NCBI GenBank assembly: GCA_013115145.1
Contig: JAAPAO010000078.1
Coordinates: 24,306 to 88,305, forward strand
Origin: Perkinsus chesapeaki ATCC PRA-425
Lineage: Eukaryota > Protista > Perkinsozoa
Direction: 5' to 3'
Length of the DNA stretch: 64,000 bases
In this document: positions 37,031-48,492 of the stretch, in pieces
Position numbering within the stretch: the stretch's first letter is position 1
Layout: every line of letters starts with the position of its first letter
Program-made: the position numbers and the translations under genes
Notes under the pieces: model-generated
Database searches by the model: none
What the model was told of the DNA's origin: nothing
The model's input: only the letters and a program-made list of their open reading frames with translations

Positions 37031-37596
37031 GCTATCATTGCTATGTCTTAATTAGGGTTTTAACTTAGCTATCGGCACTACAACTACTATGACGCTGGCC
37101 CAGATCCTGAAGGCCTTGGTGGATCTATTATTGCCGCCAGTATTCATAATAATGGATGGTTTGCATGCTGCGAGTTGAAGGCGGTCTGACGTATATCTTA
37201 TTAGAATCGTATTAGAATCAGTTTTCACTGTTAATATTTTACTCCCTCGACTACTTGTACACTTGTTGTTGTTAACCATCCTATCATCAAGTCGGCTATC
37301 TTTTGCTGCTGTTGTTATCATTGTCGCTATACAGGGGCGTACATTGACCAAAGTTATTACCCCAACGTGATGATGATACTAGCACAATATTCCATACGAA
37401 ATCTACCACCGTTTGTGTTGTCAATGATGATGATGATGATGATGCTGAGTTACCCCTCCCACCGCGCTACGCCCCGACGTCTCCGTCCTCGAGCGCCCAC
37501 AGATTCCACCACCACCTCACAGGAGTCCCCTAGGATATTCCTCGACATTTCCGCGCTTTAGCTTTTGGTTCATACAGTATTAGCATACCCCCATTT

Positions 37597-39243
37597 ATGA
37601 AATCTCGACTAATTGTCGTTAATGCGTGTGTGGCTGTCGGACTGAGCGCCGGAGCTTTTATCCGGAGTATCTCTCCTGAGGCTGGCGGATCTCGGCTTTG
37701 TGATTGGATTGCTAAACTCCTGTGTGAATATATCACTCGAGGAGGGAACAATAAACCTGCTGAGGTAAATTAGTTAGAGGCCGAAGAAGTGCCTTCTTCG
37801 TTTGCCGCGCTTATGCATTTGTTTTCAGCTCCCGCTTACTGTCTGGGGGGAGAGGCAATGGGTAAGTAGAGTGGTATCTAAGCTGCTGCCCCCTGCGTTA
37901 CTGCCACCACTCTTGACATTCACTCATATCTAGTTCATTCTGCTAAGATTCAAGCCAGCATTGGAGTTGATAAATTCGGCCGTTCAGAGTTGCGTGAAAT
38001 AGCACGCTTCTCCAGCGGTGTTCCGGAGGGGAAGTAAGTGAAGAAGCCAGTGGCGAGATAATCACCATCTTCATAATAATGACTCATCTTAGCCTCGATC
38101 ATTTGAGCATCATCACCGATGATCCTTTGATGAATAAGTGTCATGAGGGTTCCATCAAGGACTTCTGGAAGGATAAAGACACTATTAAAAAATGCAAGGA
38201 AATGAGGTCCTTGCAGGGCATAATTCTTGATCAAATTTGGGATGGAATTGATGAAGCGGTGGCCAAGCAGTATCAGGTTATGTGTACGTTGGAAACTGCT
38301 GCTAGGCCGGCCATGGTGAGCTCATGCTTCAATGCCTCCGAATAACTTTGTCGGTATTGTTGTTGCCGCCTATTGCAGGGCATCGCATACCACTTTAATC
38401 TCGCTTGGGACGCAAAGCAAAGGCGGTTTACGCTCAATCAACTCATTGGAGGTGACAGGAATAACAGTATCACTATGTAAGCTCTTGTCATCATCATCTC
38501 CTTCTCACAGCTTCGGTATAGCAGGCTGCGTCGTCGATGCTATCTGTCGTTTTAGTTTGGTATACATGGTTTCTGCATGAACCACTTTATCGACGTATTG
38601 AACCGATAAGTTATACAAATCGACCAGCCTTCTAGGCACCACGTTCGCGCGTTGACCATCCCCCGATAACTTTGAGTTCAATGTGTTAGACCCCTCATAC
38701 CCTACCTCTTACCATCATTCGGGTCTGATCGATATCTCGGAGATGGGTTTGAGCGAGTGTGCTTGGTGTTCACACGATCAGCTTTTGCCCTTTACCCCTT
38801 GCTGTTTTATCAAGGTGGCTACCACCACCACCATCACAGTATGTTCATCTCTGCATCCTTCTGTTGTCATATCGTCATACCACGTGAATGATATTCTATT
38901 ATATTTCAGGCTCAAGTATGGTATCGTCAATATCGATAGACTGCGGCGCATGCTATCTGACTCGAGGAAGGAAACTCTCGGGTATTTCCAAAGAGGAAAT
39001 GAAGCCAATCTGCAATCCTTGTGCATAAAGCAAGTCGAACGCTTTGTCGAATATGTTATGGGTGTTAGTGGTGAAACATTGCCAAGTCCAAAGTTGGCGT
39101 ACGTTCCGAAGATATTCAGATGGCTGACAAATGGCAAATTTATGATTTATGATAACAATGAGCTGGGGGAAACCTACGAAAGACACGAATATCCGCCGTT
39201 CGCTCGAATCGATTATCAGAGACGAGAACAGCCACCATACTGA
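37597..39243 (+). CDS. Hypothetical protein, multi-exon
   Basis: Plus-strand GTAAG/GTGAG donors and YAG acceptors link the exons MKSRLIVV..., LDHLSIITDDPLM..., GIAYHFNLAWD... and RLKYGIVNID...QPPY*. Confidence 0.5.
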
Positions 39244-39785
39244 TAGGTTTAACTTATTGTTGGGTTCATGATGTTTGACATGGAACCTTGTTAAGATGTT
39301 AAGTCAATCTTGTCGCGTTTTGAGTTTACTTTATTCATCCACTTTTGTCTGACGCTGCCAGCCGTGTTTCTGGCCGTCGAAAAACTAGTTCATTGAGACG
39401 GCAACTAGCATGGGCTGTTACATGTACCTCCTCCTCCTCCTCTTTCTCATCCTTTTGTCATTATTCTCCCGGAAAGCCACGTCGATCTGTCGGATGCATT
39501 TAAAAGTGTCACCACATCTACTAAATAAAATTGAACACAAACGATGCCAGCTTGGAATGTCCACAGTGTACATGTCCAAAATTATTGGCTGAATGAAATA
39601 CTGTAGTTTCCCGACATATGGTGGTTGGTGATCCGAGTGGTAGAGTTCCTCGAGTTCAAGACTAGTAACGCCGGCAGGTCTGGGGAGTAGGTCTCCACCA
39701 AGTTAGATTATACTACTATATAAGACTTCCTTCTCGTGGAAGCAGTTTATGGTGTAACTATCAATCACGCAACACTTAACATACC

Positions 39786-40432
39786 TTAAGAAAATGCCAA
39801 TGGTAGTGAGGAATACTGATGCTTGCTTTGTAAAAACTGCCGCAACCTCGGCGCGAAATTTGGGCAACTTTTGCCGTCTATTGGCATGCCTGAGGGGAGT
39901 GTTGCTCCTCGGCAACGGTGAATCAACGACATCTTACCTCTATCGTACAAAGGATTCTTCAACACTAATTCCACGAAGAAATCTGAATAAATAGCCCCTA
40001 GGACTTCCTGCATGTCCTCTACTGTGGGATCGGTGGTAAGGATGAACATGTACCTGACATTTACACGGTAACGGAGCGAGAGGTATGCATACCACCCTGT
40101 TTGGGATTCGCAATGGTGCAGTTTGTATTCCGGTGTAGAAAACCTTGAAACAATATAGCAATAACGAATTAACAGCTACGCGCATTTACGTGTTGAATCC
40201 AGACGGTCCAGCACCGGCCTTCAAAGGGCTCATGGCTTGCCCGAAGGATTTCATCGTGGCCACCATTCCCCATAGGAGTCGTTGCTCGTGCTGAAGGAGG
40301 AGGGAACATTATCGCCTTAACTGGTGGGGAGTGCCTCCTTACATGCATGTTGCCTACCGACCTACTCCGATGGAATGCCTCATAGTAGACGACTTTACCA
40401 CCGGGAGCGTAAATGTAGAGGGTGTATATCAT
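39786..40432 (-). CDS. TRAPPC1: TRAPP complex subunit Bet5/TRAPPC1 (sybindin-like)
   Basis: MIYTLYIYAPGGKVVYYEAFHR...FILTTDPTVEDMQEVLGAIYSDFFVELVLKNPLY matches the Bet5 pattern. Confidence 0.8.
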
Positions 40433-40579
40433 TAGGAAGTATTCTTTCAACTCAGAACTGTAACCCCAAAATCGATCTCCGGTGAACTTGACGTCCTGGT
40501 TCGCGGGACTGATAGGTAAATGCCAGAATAATGATGAGGGCAACACAATTCAGCAACTAAGTAGCGTCAAGCTTTTCCG

Positions 40580-42666
40580 TCAATCTGACTCCTCGCTATC
40601 GGAGATGTCGCTAGGGTGCTCGCTAACAGCATCGCTGTCGTCCTCCTCGATAACCGCTATCGGTTTTTTGACCGTCTGCTGTTGCTCGGCGGAGGGTTCT
40701 TTCCCTTCCATCCTGTTTTCCATCATGTCAAAGGTCTTCCGTAGCCACTCCTGCCGGGTGGCAGCTGACGGCGGCTGGTTCAACTCTGCTTGGGGGCGTT
40801 CTCGCCTTCGCCGTTTCTGAGGCTTCATCGACTCGTAAAACTCCGCGCTCCGGCTGAAAGGAGTAGCTGCCTTCACACACCAGTATTGTTCCTTACTTCT
40901 CTGTGTCCCGAATACCGAAGGTCCCTGAGCGGCGGAGGGCTGAGTCGAAATTGTCAGCGTTATCGTCCTCGCCCGGCCTCCTCCGAAAAACGTGCCATGT
41001 GAGCTCCAATGGTTTGTCGTTGAATGGCACGCCTGAACAACAACCCATCTACACCTTGGTGAATATTGCTGAGATCACCACCCTGCAAATGTGACAGAGC
41101 TCCAAGGGCATTGACGTGGTCGACGAAGGTTACTCTAGCCCAGGCACCTCGGGGGGATACAAATATGCCCCTGCAGGAAGGAGGAGGAGAAAAATATTAT
41201 CGACGGTGGTTCGAGCAGCAGCAGCACCTGTCAGGGTCGAGTTTACCGAATCTGGAGAAGAGCTGCCTTAAGCCCTCTCTGGAGTCGGGCCGCACTCCAG
41301 CAACATGGATGCTGGTGGCCTGGAGGATAGCCTCCCCTGATAGAACAGTGGTGTGTTGAAGGAGGAGGGGCATGAGCTCACCCATCTCAGAGTCCTCAAC
41401 GTCACCTGGTTGGTAGACGGGGCGAATGACTAGACCTTTAGAAGGACCAAGTGGTAGGGGAAAAATACAACTAAAGAGGGAGGAAAGGCTACGGCCTCAT
41501 CGGAAAGGCTTACGCTAGATCAACCAGCTTCCGGTCCTTCGATGACTTCTTCACTGCTGCCTCGACCTCCTCTAAGCACGAGTAGCTATGAGCTGATGAG
41601 TCGAACGCTACCTGTGGGATAAACGCGTGCGAAGGCGCAAAGGGTCGACGTTTTAAAGAGAATGTTCACGTAGTGAATCCATGGGCGATCAGTCAAACTC
41701 GAGGGGGGCCAGGGAGCATTCCGAGAAGAGGGGCAGCACTTACAAAGCCATAGCCGAGGGAGTCTGAGTGGCCCTGGTCATCTGGTGGAGTTCTGATTAC
41801 TCGGGCCGCCCGAACACCTTCGTACTTGGCCTTGAATACCTCCGTGCTGAAACATAAACTCCCGGAAGGCCCCAAAGGGGATCGCCTACAGCTTATCTGA
41901 ATCGATAATGGGGAATAGGTTACCGATGTAAATCTGGTAGGAGCGATCGATACAGGCGCCCTCAGTGATAATGCCAACGGTGTCAGGTGTGGCACTCATT
42001 CTCACCTAAACCCAACAAGAGGTCGGTTTGACGCGCGGAGGACGGGGCTTAGCGCATCTAGCAGTCCCATGGATACGTGCTGTTCGGGGGTCAAAGATTG
42101 TTACTATGTGGGAAGATAATAGAAATCTTGACCCTGCTGGCACGAGCGTTTGAGGCTTCCGTATGACTCCCTGGGAGCGATCGGCATCAACAAAGGGGGC
42201 ACAGACGATGAGTGGAGGCCAGGAGGTATCGATTATACGGACTCTCCCTCGTTGTATGCCCGGCCAAGTTTCCTATACGATTGTCAATTGAGACTCGATG
42301 AGCCCTCGAATGGGGCACGGATGACCATTCCCAGGAAAGCGGGGTACTAGGAATTAGTTTTAGATTTGAAGAAGGATGAAATATTTGGTATAACATACCT
42401 GCCAACCTTGACTGTTATACGCAGACCGTCGCTTCTCCAAAGCCTCAGCTGCCATCGTTGATGAAGGAAACCGAATGAAGGCGTATCTAATGAGAGTGCA
42501 ACAATGGGCACTCTGACGGACGTGGCCGAGCTCACCCTGTCGGCCGCTGAGTCTCGGCATCTCGGTCAAGTCGAACGTGCAACAGTCCAGCGCCTACGAA
42601 GATCGATCGTATCTCATCTTCATCGGTCGCCCTTGGTAGGCCGGTAATGAGGAGGGTATCGGACAT
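40580..42666 (-). CDS. RNA-binding protein with three RRM domains
   Basis: MSDTLLITGLPRATDEDEIRSIF...PTG|YAFIRF, SLGYGFV, and IHVAGV...LRQLFSRFG. Confidence 0.78.
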
Positions 42667-42748
42667 AATTAGGCAGGCTGAGGGAGGAGCGGTAGTAGGA
42701 ATGTCAAGTTGACATTGTCAACCCAACGCTGGGGTGGATGTAAATAGT

Positions 42749-43873
42749 TCACGTCAATGCGTCCTCCTGTTTTTTAACCGGAGTTGCAAACGTCATATGC
42801 CTGAGATGGGGCGCCTGGTGCATTTGACCGCCAGCTTGAGGGGGGCTGTCGAATGGCTGCTCGGCCAGAGGGAGCTCGCTGGCGGCGGTTCGCTTGAACC
42901 TCGCTCCGCACTTGCGACAGACGCCGCTCTTATCGTTGCAGTAGATACAGAGACAGACACTACAGACATATCCCCGGTCGACTGGGAGACCATGGCAGGC
43001 GCAGAGGGAACCCATCTCGAGTAGACGGGCGCTAGGACGGGTCTTTAGGACTTCTCTTTCGGCGAGACTGGGCACCGAGAAGTGGAACATTAGCGACTGG
43101 AAAAGACCGCCAACGGAACTGCACCGCTTTGATGGGATGTGAACCCCTCGAGTTGACTCACACAACTGCACCAACAGTGTAGCCGAGGACGCTGCCGCCG
43201 GAGGAAGAGGAGCTGACGTGTTGGATCCGTTTGGGGTTGGATTGATGCCTCCAGGGCAGATGCTACAGAGGTCGATAGGCACCCGGAGGTCCTGGGCAGC
43301 CCAACCACAGTTGGCCAGAGGTACGGCTTCTGAGGAGTAGTTGGGGTCACCGAAGCTGCTAATAGCTTCAACGATACAACAACGAGCTCTGCCGGGGGTG
43401 GTGAGGTTCTTGTTGATGTAGCAGAGCGCCAGGGAAAGGCCGCTGGCCACCAGGGAGCATGTGGCGGTGTGAGCGCGGGATCTGTCTGCAACCGAACTCT
43501 GAATGAAGTCCACCATTGCAGACCATAGGGTGCTGCGGTCCATATCTGGCCACGGACCTTTCGTGAGAATCTTAGCCTTACTAGGAGACACACCGACGAT
43601 ACACACACTCAACGGGTCACCGGTGACACAGGCTGCAGAGATAGCACCAACGGTGAGGAGTAGGGCGGAGAACAGAGCCTCCAGGGTCACCGAACCGGCC
43701 TTCTCGGCAGGCTGCTGGGCCGGGGGCACCTCAGACTTGGTAAGGGAGGAGCTGGACCATACCCACGGGTTGAGATCGACCACTACGGTGACTATGTCGG
43801 TGCCGGTGATGTCGACCGAGGCCTCTCCTGTCTGGCCCGAAGCCGCATCTTCAGTGATACCCCTGTCGTCCAT
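42749..43873 (-). CDS. GTF2H3: TFIIH subunit p34/Tfb4
   Basis: 374-aa ORF with VVVDLNP, GLSLALCYIN, IDLC and the zinc finger CACHG...GYVCSVCLCIYC...CRKC. Confidence 0.9.
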   Translation of the reverse strand: MDDRGITEDAASGQTGEASVDITGTDIVTVVVDLNPWVWSSSSLTKSEVPPAQQPAEKAGSVTLEALFSALLLTVGAISAACVTGDPLSVCIVGVSPSKAKILTKGPWPDMDRSTLWSAMVDFIQSSVADRSRAHTATCSLVASGLSLALCYINKNLTTPGRARCCIVEAISSFGDPNYSSEAVPLANCGWAAQDLRVPIDLCSICPGGINPTPNGSNTSAPLPPAAASSATLLVQLCESTRGVHIPSKRCSSVGGLFQSLMFHFSVPSLAEREVLKTRPSARLLEMGSLCACHGLPVDRGYVCSVCLCIYCNDKSGVCRKCGARFKRTAASELPLAEQPFDSPPQAGGQMHQAPHLRHMTFATPVKKQEDALT

Positions 43874-43949
43874 GGGGAAGTGTCTGCTGCTGACAGTATA
43901 CTAGATGAACTCATAACACAACACAAAAGGGGACATCTCAAACCACATC

Positions 43950-46216
43950 CTCATAGAAGCTCACAGGCACACCGACACGCAGGCACAGGGGGAGAGTATG
44001 CTCAGATTCACGCCACACCATATCGACTGGTTGATTGAAGACAACATGCCACATGGCTTCAATGTCACCGCTCAGGTCACCTGACGGTCGGGATAACGCT
44101 CTCCGGGCCGAACTCGAGGCCTACCTCTATTGAGTTCGGTGTCGGTGCGTAGGCGCTCCCAAAACTGTCTGGGATGGACGTGGGCAAAGTCTCGTCGAAC
44201 TATGTATTGACCGGCCTCGTAAAAGCTTAGAGTGTCCTCCCAATCCTTGGGGAACTCTGAACCTGATCCAGGAACGAGCTTCACACCGTGAACGCCTCTG
44301 GTCGAGATTTCTTCTATTATGCCTCCTCCGCATCACCAGTAATATATTCCTTATCTAACCTTAGGCTCATTGCAGGCACTATACCACCCCGAATAACAAT
44401 CGCCAGGAGCCGCGATGGCCTCTATGAACATAACAGTTACCCCAAATTCTCCTCCATGCCCAACGGAACGGCTCCAGCCTAATCCGCTTCGGTCGGAATA
44501 TGAACTGCTGCGACAGGGGCTGAATCACAGGCTTGTGATCAGCGGCAGCTTGCTGGCAGGAGGAGGAGTATTCTTACATAAACGCCAAGGGACTCAACGG
44601 CAAAGTCACTTCCTCTACTGATGAGCTTAAGTGCTCGTGATAAAGCTATGAAGTCGTCACCTGAAGAAATCATTATACCATATTTCCGTCAGATGATGCT
44701 GCTGCTGCCTTGATGCTCATCTGAATCTGGATGCATAAATAGTAGCCAGTCGGACAGGGCATAATAGTACCTATACCAAATATGACCCAGAATGAAAGAA
44801 TACTTTTCGCGTATCAGTGGTCACCTGGTAACTCTTAACCAGGATACTGGTAACCGAAATTAATCGATAACCCCGAAGCATCGTGGGCACCACCGTTACC
44901 ACGTTGCTTCCACAGTCACCTTTAAGGCCCCCTTTCGGAAAGCTCCAGACGAACTACTCAAGAAGCGCGGTTTTATCCTGGTAGGCGGACGCATAGGAGG
45001 CAAGGGACCCTGGTGCAGACGTGGTAAGATTTTGAATTTGGAAATGACAAGCTGGACACAGGAGCCGAGCATGCTCGCTGATAGTTAGGGAATCCGCTCC
45101 TAGGCGACGTAGACATGGTAGTAGTGTGTGGAGCTACTTAGCTATATGATGGAAGTAGGCTGATTGCTCCTCCCTACTAGGACCGCCTGTGAAGTACTTC
45201 TCAATATGAACTGACCTGACTTAAGTACTGCAACAACAACACTCTCCCACCACCGCCACTGACCGGAAGTCCAAGCCTGCCAGCAGCTTCAGTATGTGAT
45301 CCATGGCATCCTTGTCGCAATGTGGTTGCTGTACCAGATAGATATGGACATTAACAAACCCCCAATAAGGCATCAGTGCTGGGGACCTACATAAGGGATT
45401 GGGGATGGAGGTCAAGTGGGAGCAGCTGGGGACCTGAGCCACTTCATCGGTTGTGTCATATTCCTCCAATCAACGCTCTGGCAGTAATTAAGGATCATAT
45501 CACCCGACAGGTCCCGGGTTCGAACCGACCGACTTTCAATTTCTAATAGTCGCTGCACTAAGGGACATGATATCCTCTTCCCCACAAACCGACGGTGACC
45601 TCTACGCCGGCCGCCACTGGCCAGGTATCGATGTCTCCGCTCGTGATGGCGCTGGGGTCTCCAAGGAACTCGAGAGATGTGCTCAAGTAATGTGCAGTCA
45701 TTTTCGCGTATTGCTCTTGGTCGAGGGGCGCTGTCTGTTCGAGCTTCAAGAGAACTGCCTAATATCGTGGCGCGCGGGAAAATCCAAAGGGTGTTCAGGC
45801 TACTTGAAGGATGGCAACGGTGCAGTTACGTTTAATGTTCCAGCTTTCGTAGACGGTAGTTAACATGGTGGTGTATCTTAGGTTGAAGTAGGAAAGATAC
45901 AAAATAGGTTAGATTAGGTGCGCATTCGAAATCACTGGCTTACTACTCGGCCTCCATCTCGCCAGTGCGATAATAGTAATGAGCATGATCTCTGACTTCC
46001 TCTAGAAAACCGCCGTCCAGACAAAACTCAGTCGGAGGCCCCGATTGCACCTTTCCTAAATAAGACACTAGAGCCGTAACAGAAGCAGCCTCGTAGCCAA
46101 AGCTTGCCTTCGATGGCCGAGACGATATCTCTGACACCAACCGCCATGGCGAAAGCAGCAGTGATGAGAAGGAGGGATAGAGTGGCAAGGAGAGGACGGC
46201 TATGATGAGGGTACAT
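43950..46216 (-). CDS. Hypothetical protein with signal peptide, multi-exon
   Basis: MYPHHSRPLLATLSLLLITAAFA followed by a series of minus-strand exons. 3' boundary approximate. Confidence 0.5.
45478..45566 (-). other. 89-nt candidate intron with antisense tRNA-like segment
   Basis: The plus strand reads ACAGGTCCCGGGTTCGAACCGACCG. Splicing on minus gives GRGYH|SVDWRN. Confidence 0.55.
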
Positions 46217-46410
46217 TGATATGAATTACAGAACAATAAACAACATTAACGTGTGAAATACGATTGGTGCTATTAGGTGGAAGATTCCTTGCGCACTATA
46301 AAGAATGATGATCGTACCATACGAGAATCAAAGGTGTGTTAACTCAAGGTCGGTTAGGTTGTAAAAGATACCAGCAATTTTATAAAACAAGTTAAACTTG
46401 ACAACAGCCA

Positions 46411-48292
46411 TCAATCGCTGTTCGCTTTTTGTCGACGCAAGAAGTCGTCAATAACATCTCGGCAATTACGAGCATCTTCCGGCCGGTGCCGAGCGCCGAT
46501 CGGAGCATCCTGATCGCGAAGCTCTCGGAAGGCTTGCAAGAAGTCCGCTCTCGGAAGATTCCTCGCTCCAAGATCTCTCTTGTATCTAAGGGAACGAAAG
46601 GTTCCGACAGACGGATTCATACGGTCTACTCGATGTCCATGCCAAGATCCCACATTTTGGCCAGACCCTCGGTTGCCAGATACGCTCCGAGAGCCGCCAT
46701 CTGAACAGTGCCGGAGCCGGGGTGATCAGGGCTGAAAAAACCAGTGAGAGAGGTGTAACTGAGAAGGAGACCAATCACACAGTTACTGCCGACGTCATGT
46801 CTCACCATGCTCCCACCAGACAGCCCAGCTCCCCGGCAATAAGCTCATTGGTATCGAGGGAACGAAGTTCGATAGAATGCAATGTGACCTTAGGATCTTG
46901 AGATGACTGGGCATCTGATGAGGATGACGATGCCGTGGACTTGTCCATATCAGAGCCCATCCGTGGCCGCTGCTGTGAGCGCTCAGTCAGGCTCCGCCTC
47001 AGATGGATCGCCTCTGACCAAGCCAGTCCATGAACACCTAGTCCTTAGCAGCTTACTCAAGGAGCTCACAATAGGAGGGTAAAGCCAGGCGACACCGTGT
47101 TGTTTCTGGCAATGCTGCACGACACCATCAAAGTCAGTGTCAATAGTCAAAATATACCTGATGGTGATGGTGACCGCGCGCCACAAAATACTCGAGGAAC
47201 AACTGTTGCATCGTCGCTCAGGTGTTCCAAGTAGAGTCCAGTTAGAACTTTATACTCCCACGCAGAAAAATCATTTCTAGAGTTCGCGAACGCTTGCCCC
47301 ACTTGCGGACTCGATAGAGCACAAAGGCGGAATCAAACCGAAGTCGTCGACTAGCTTAAAAAACGACACTCACTTGGAAGCCTTCTTTCGAACTTTTTTA
47401 TGGACTCGAAGATCTCGGGTGATATCGGGGATAATACAACGCTTACGATGCAGCTTGGGGAGGAGGATATAAAGGGCCGAGTCCATGATGTCACCGTCCT
47501 CATCGGCACCACCGATGTCGGAACAGATTGGAAGGAAACCCTGAAGAGGTTGAACCTTGCATTTGACGCGGGAAAAGATTCCTCTGAGGGATTGATGAGA
47601 GACATTAGAGCTGAGGCGCTGAACACTGTGGATGTTGGTAGTTAAGGTATATAAATGAAATAATACTTAATAATAGCAACTGAGCAGAGCCCACCATCCC
47701 GCCCATTTACTTAACGTAGTTGAGAGTATAAGGAGACCGAACCTACGGCATAAAGGATCTACCCCAACGGCAATACAAACACATAAGTCAGCTTTTGGGC
47801 CATAGAAGTTCGAGAATTCTGTATTAGCCCAGGTTAATATGCAAAGAAGAAGCCTCCAATAAAAGTTACCTGATAAAATAGATCTGACAGGAAATCGGGA
47901 CGGAAACAGAGTGACCAACAAAACTCGCACATATTCTTCTCAATGATAGCATCTGCCCGGGCCTGAAGTGGTATTTAAAATGACTGTGGACCCGTTACTG
48001 AACCATTACAGCAAGGTCCATACCCGGCATCAATAGCAATCTTGCGCGTGTTGAAGCTTCTGGCATCAACACGAAATTCTGATAGAAAAACCGTTTCCGC
48101 CAACGAGCCACGTTGTTACCTTCATCTGCGTTGCAATCATGAATATTAGCTGGTCAGTCGGTATCCGACAGAACGGCGAAGTCGGTGGGCTGATAGACCA
48201 GAGTTCGTTGTTGACCATAACAATGCCACTTACCATGCCGCAAACTCGTCATTCTCAGAAGATCCCTTCCGTTGACGATCGGTCTTCGGCAT
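46411..48292 (-). CDS. Leucyl/phenylalanyl-tRNA-protein transferase family protein (ATEL1-like)
   Basis: Spliced FCWSLCFRPDFLSDLFYQGFLPI, YILLPKLHRKRC, YILTIDTDFDGVVQHCQKQHGVAWLYPP and YTSLTGF...SGTVQMAAL...MWDLGMDIEYKRDLGARNLPRADFL. Confidence 0.8.
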
Positions 48293-48492
48293 TTCTGGGA
48301 CAAACTTAAACCAATCGGAGTAGCAGTTGAAATTCAACACTCAACCTTTTCCGAAACGATCAACTATACAGTAACTCGAGGACCACAGGCGCGAGCGTTG
48401 CTACCCGTGGGCTACTGGAGGGAGGAGGAGGAGGGGACAATGATACGTTTTATGTCAGTACAAGATTAGCAAGAGCTAATTGGCAGCAGTAG

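Noticed and set aside
3116-45566. Functional tRNA genes at the GGTTCGA sites
   Set aside because: Most lack a D-arm and 5' acceptor strand, and the longer ones do not form convincing cloverleafs by eye.
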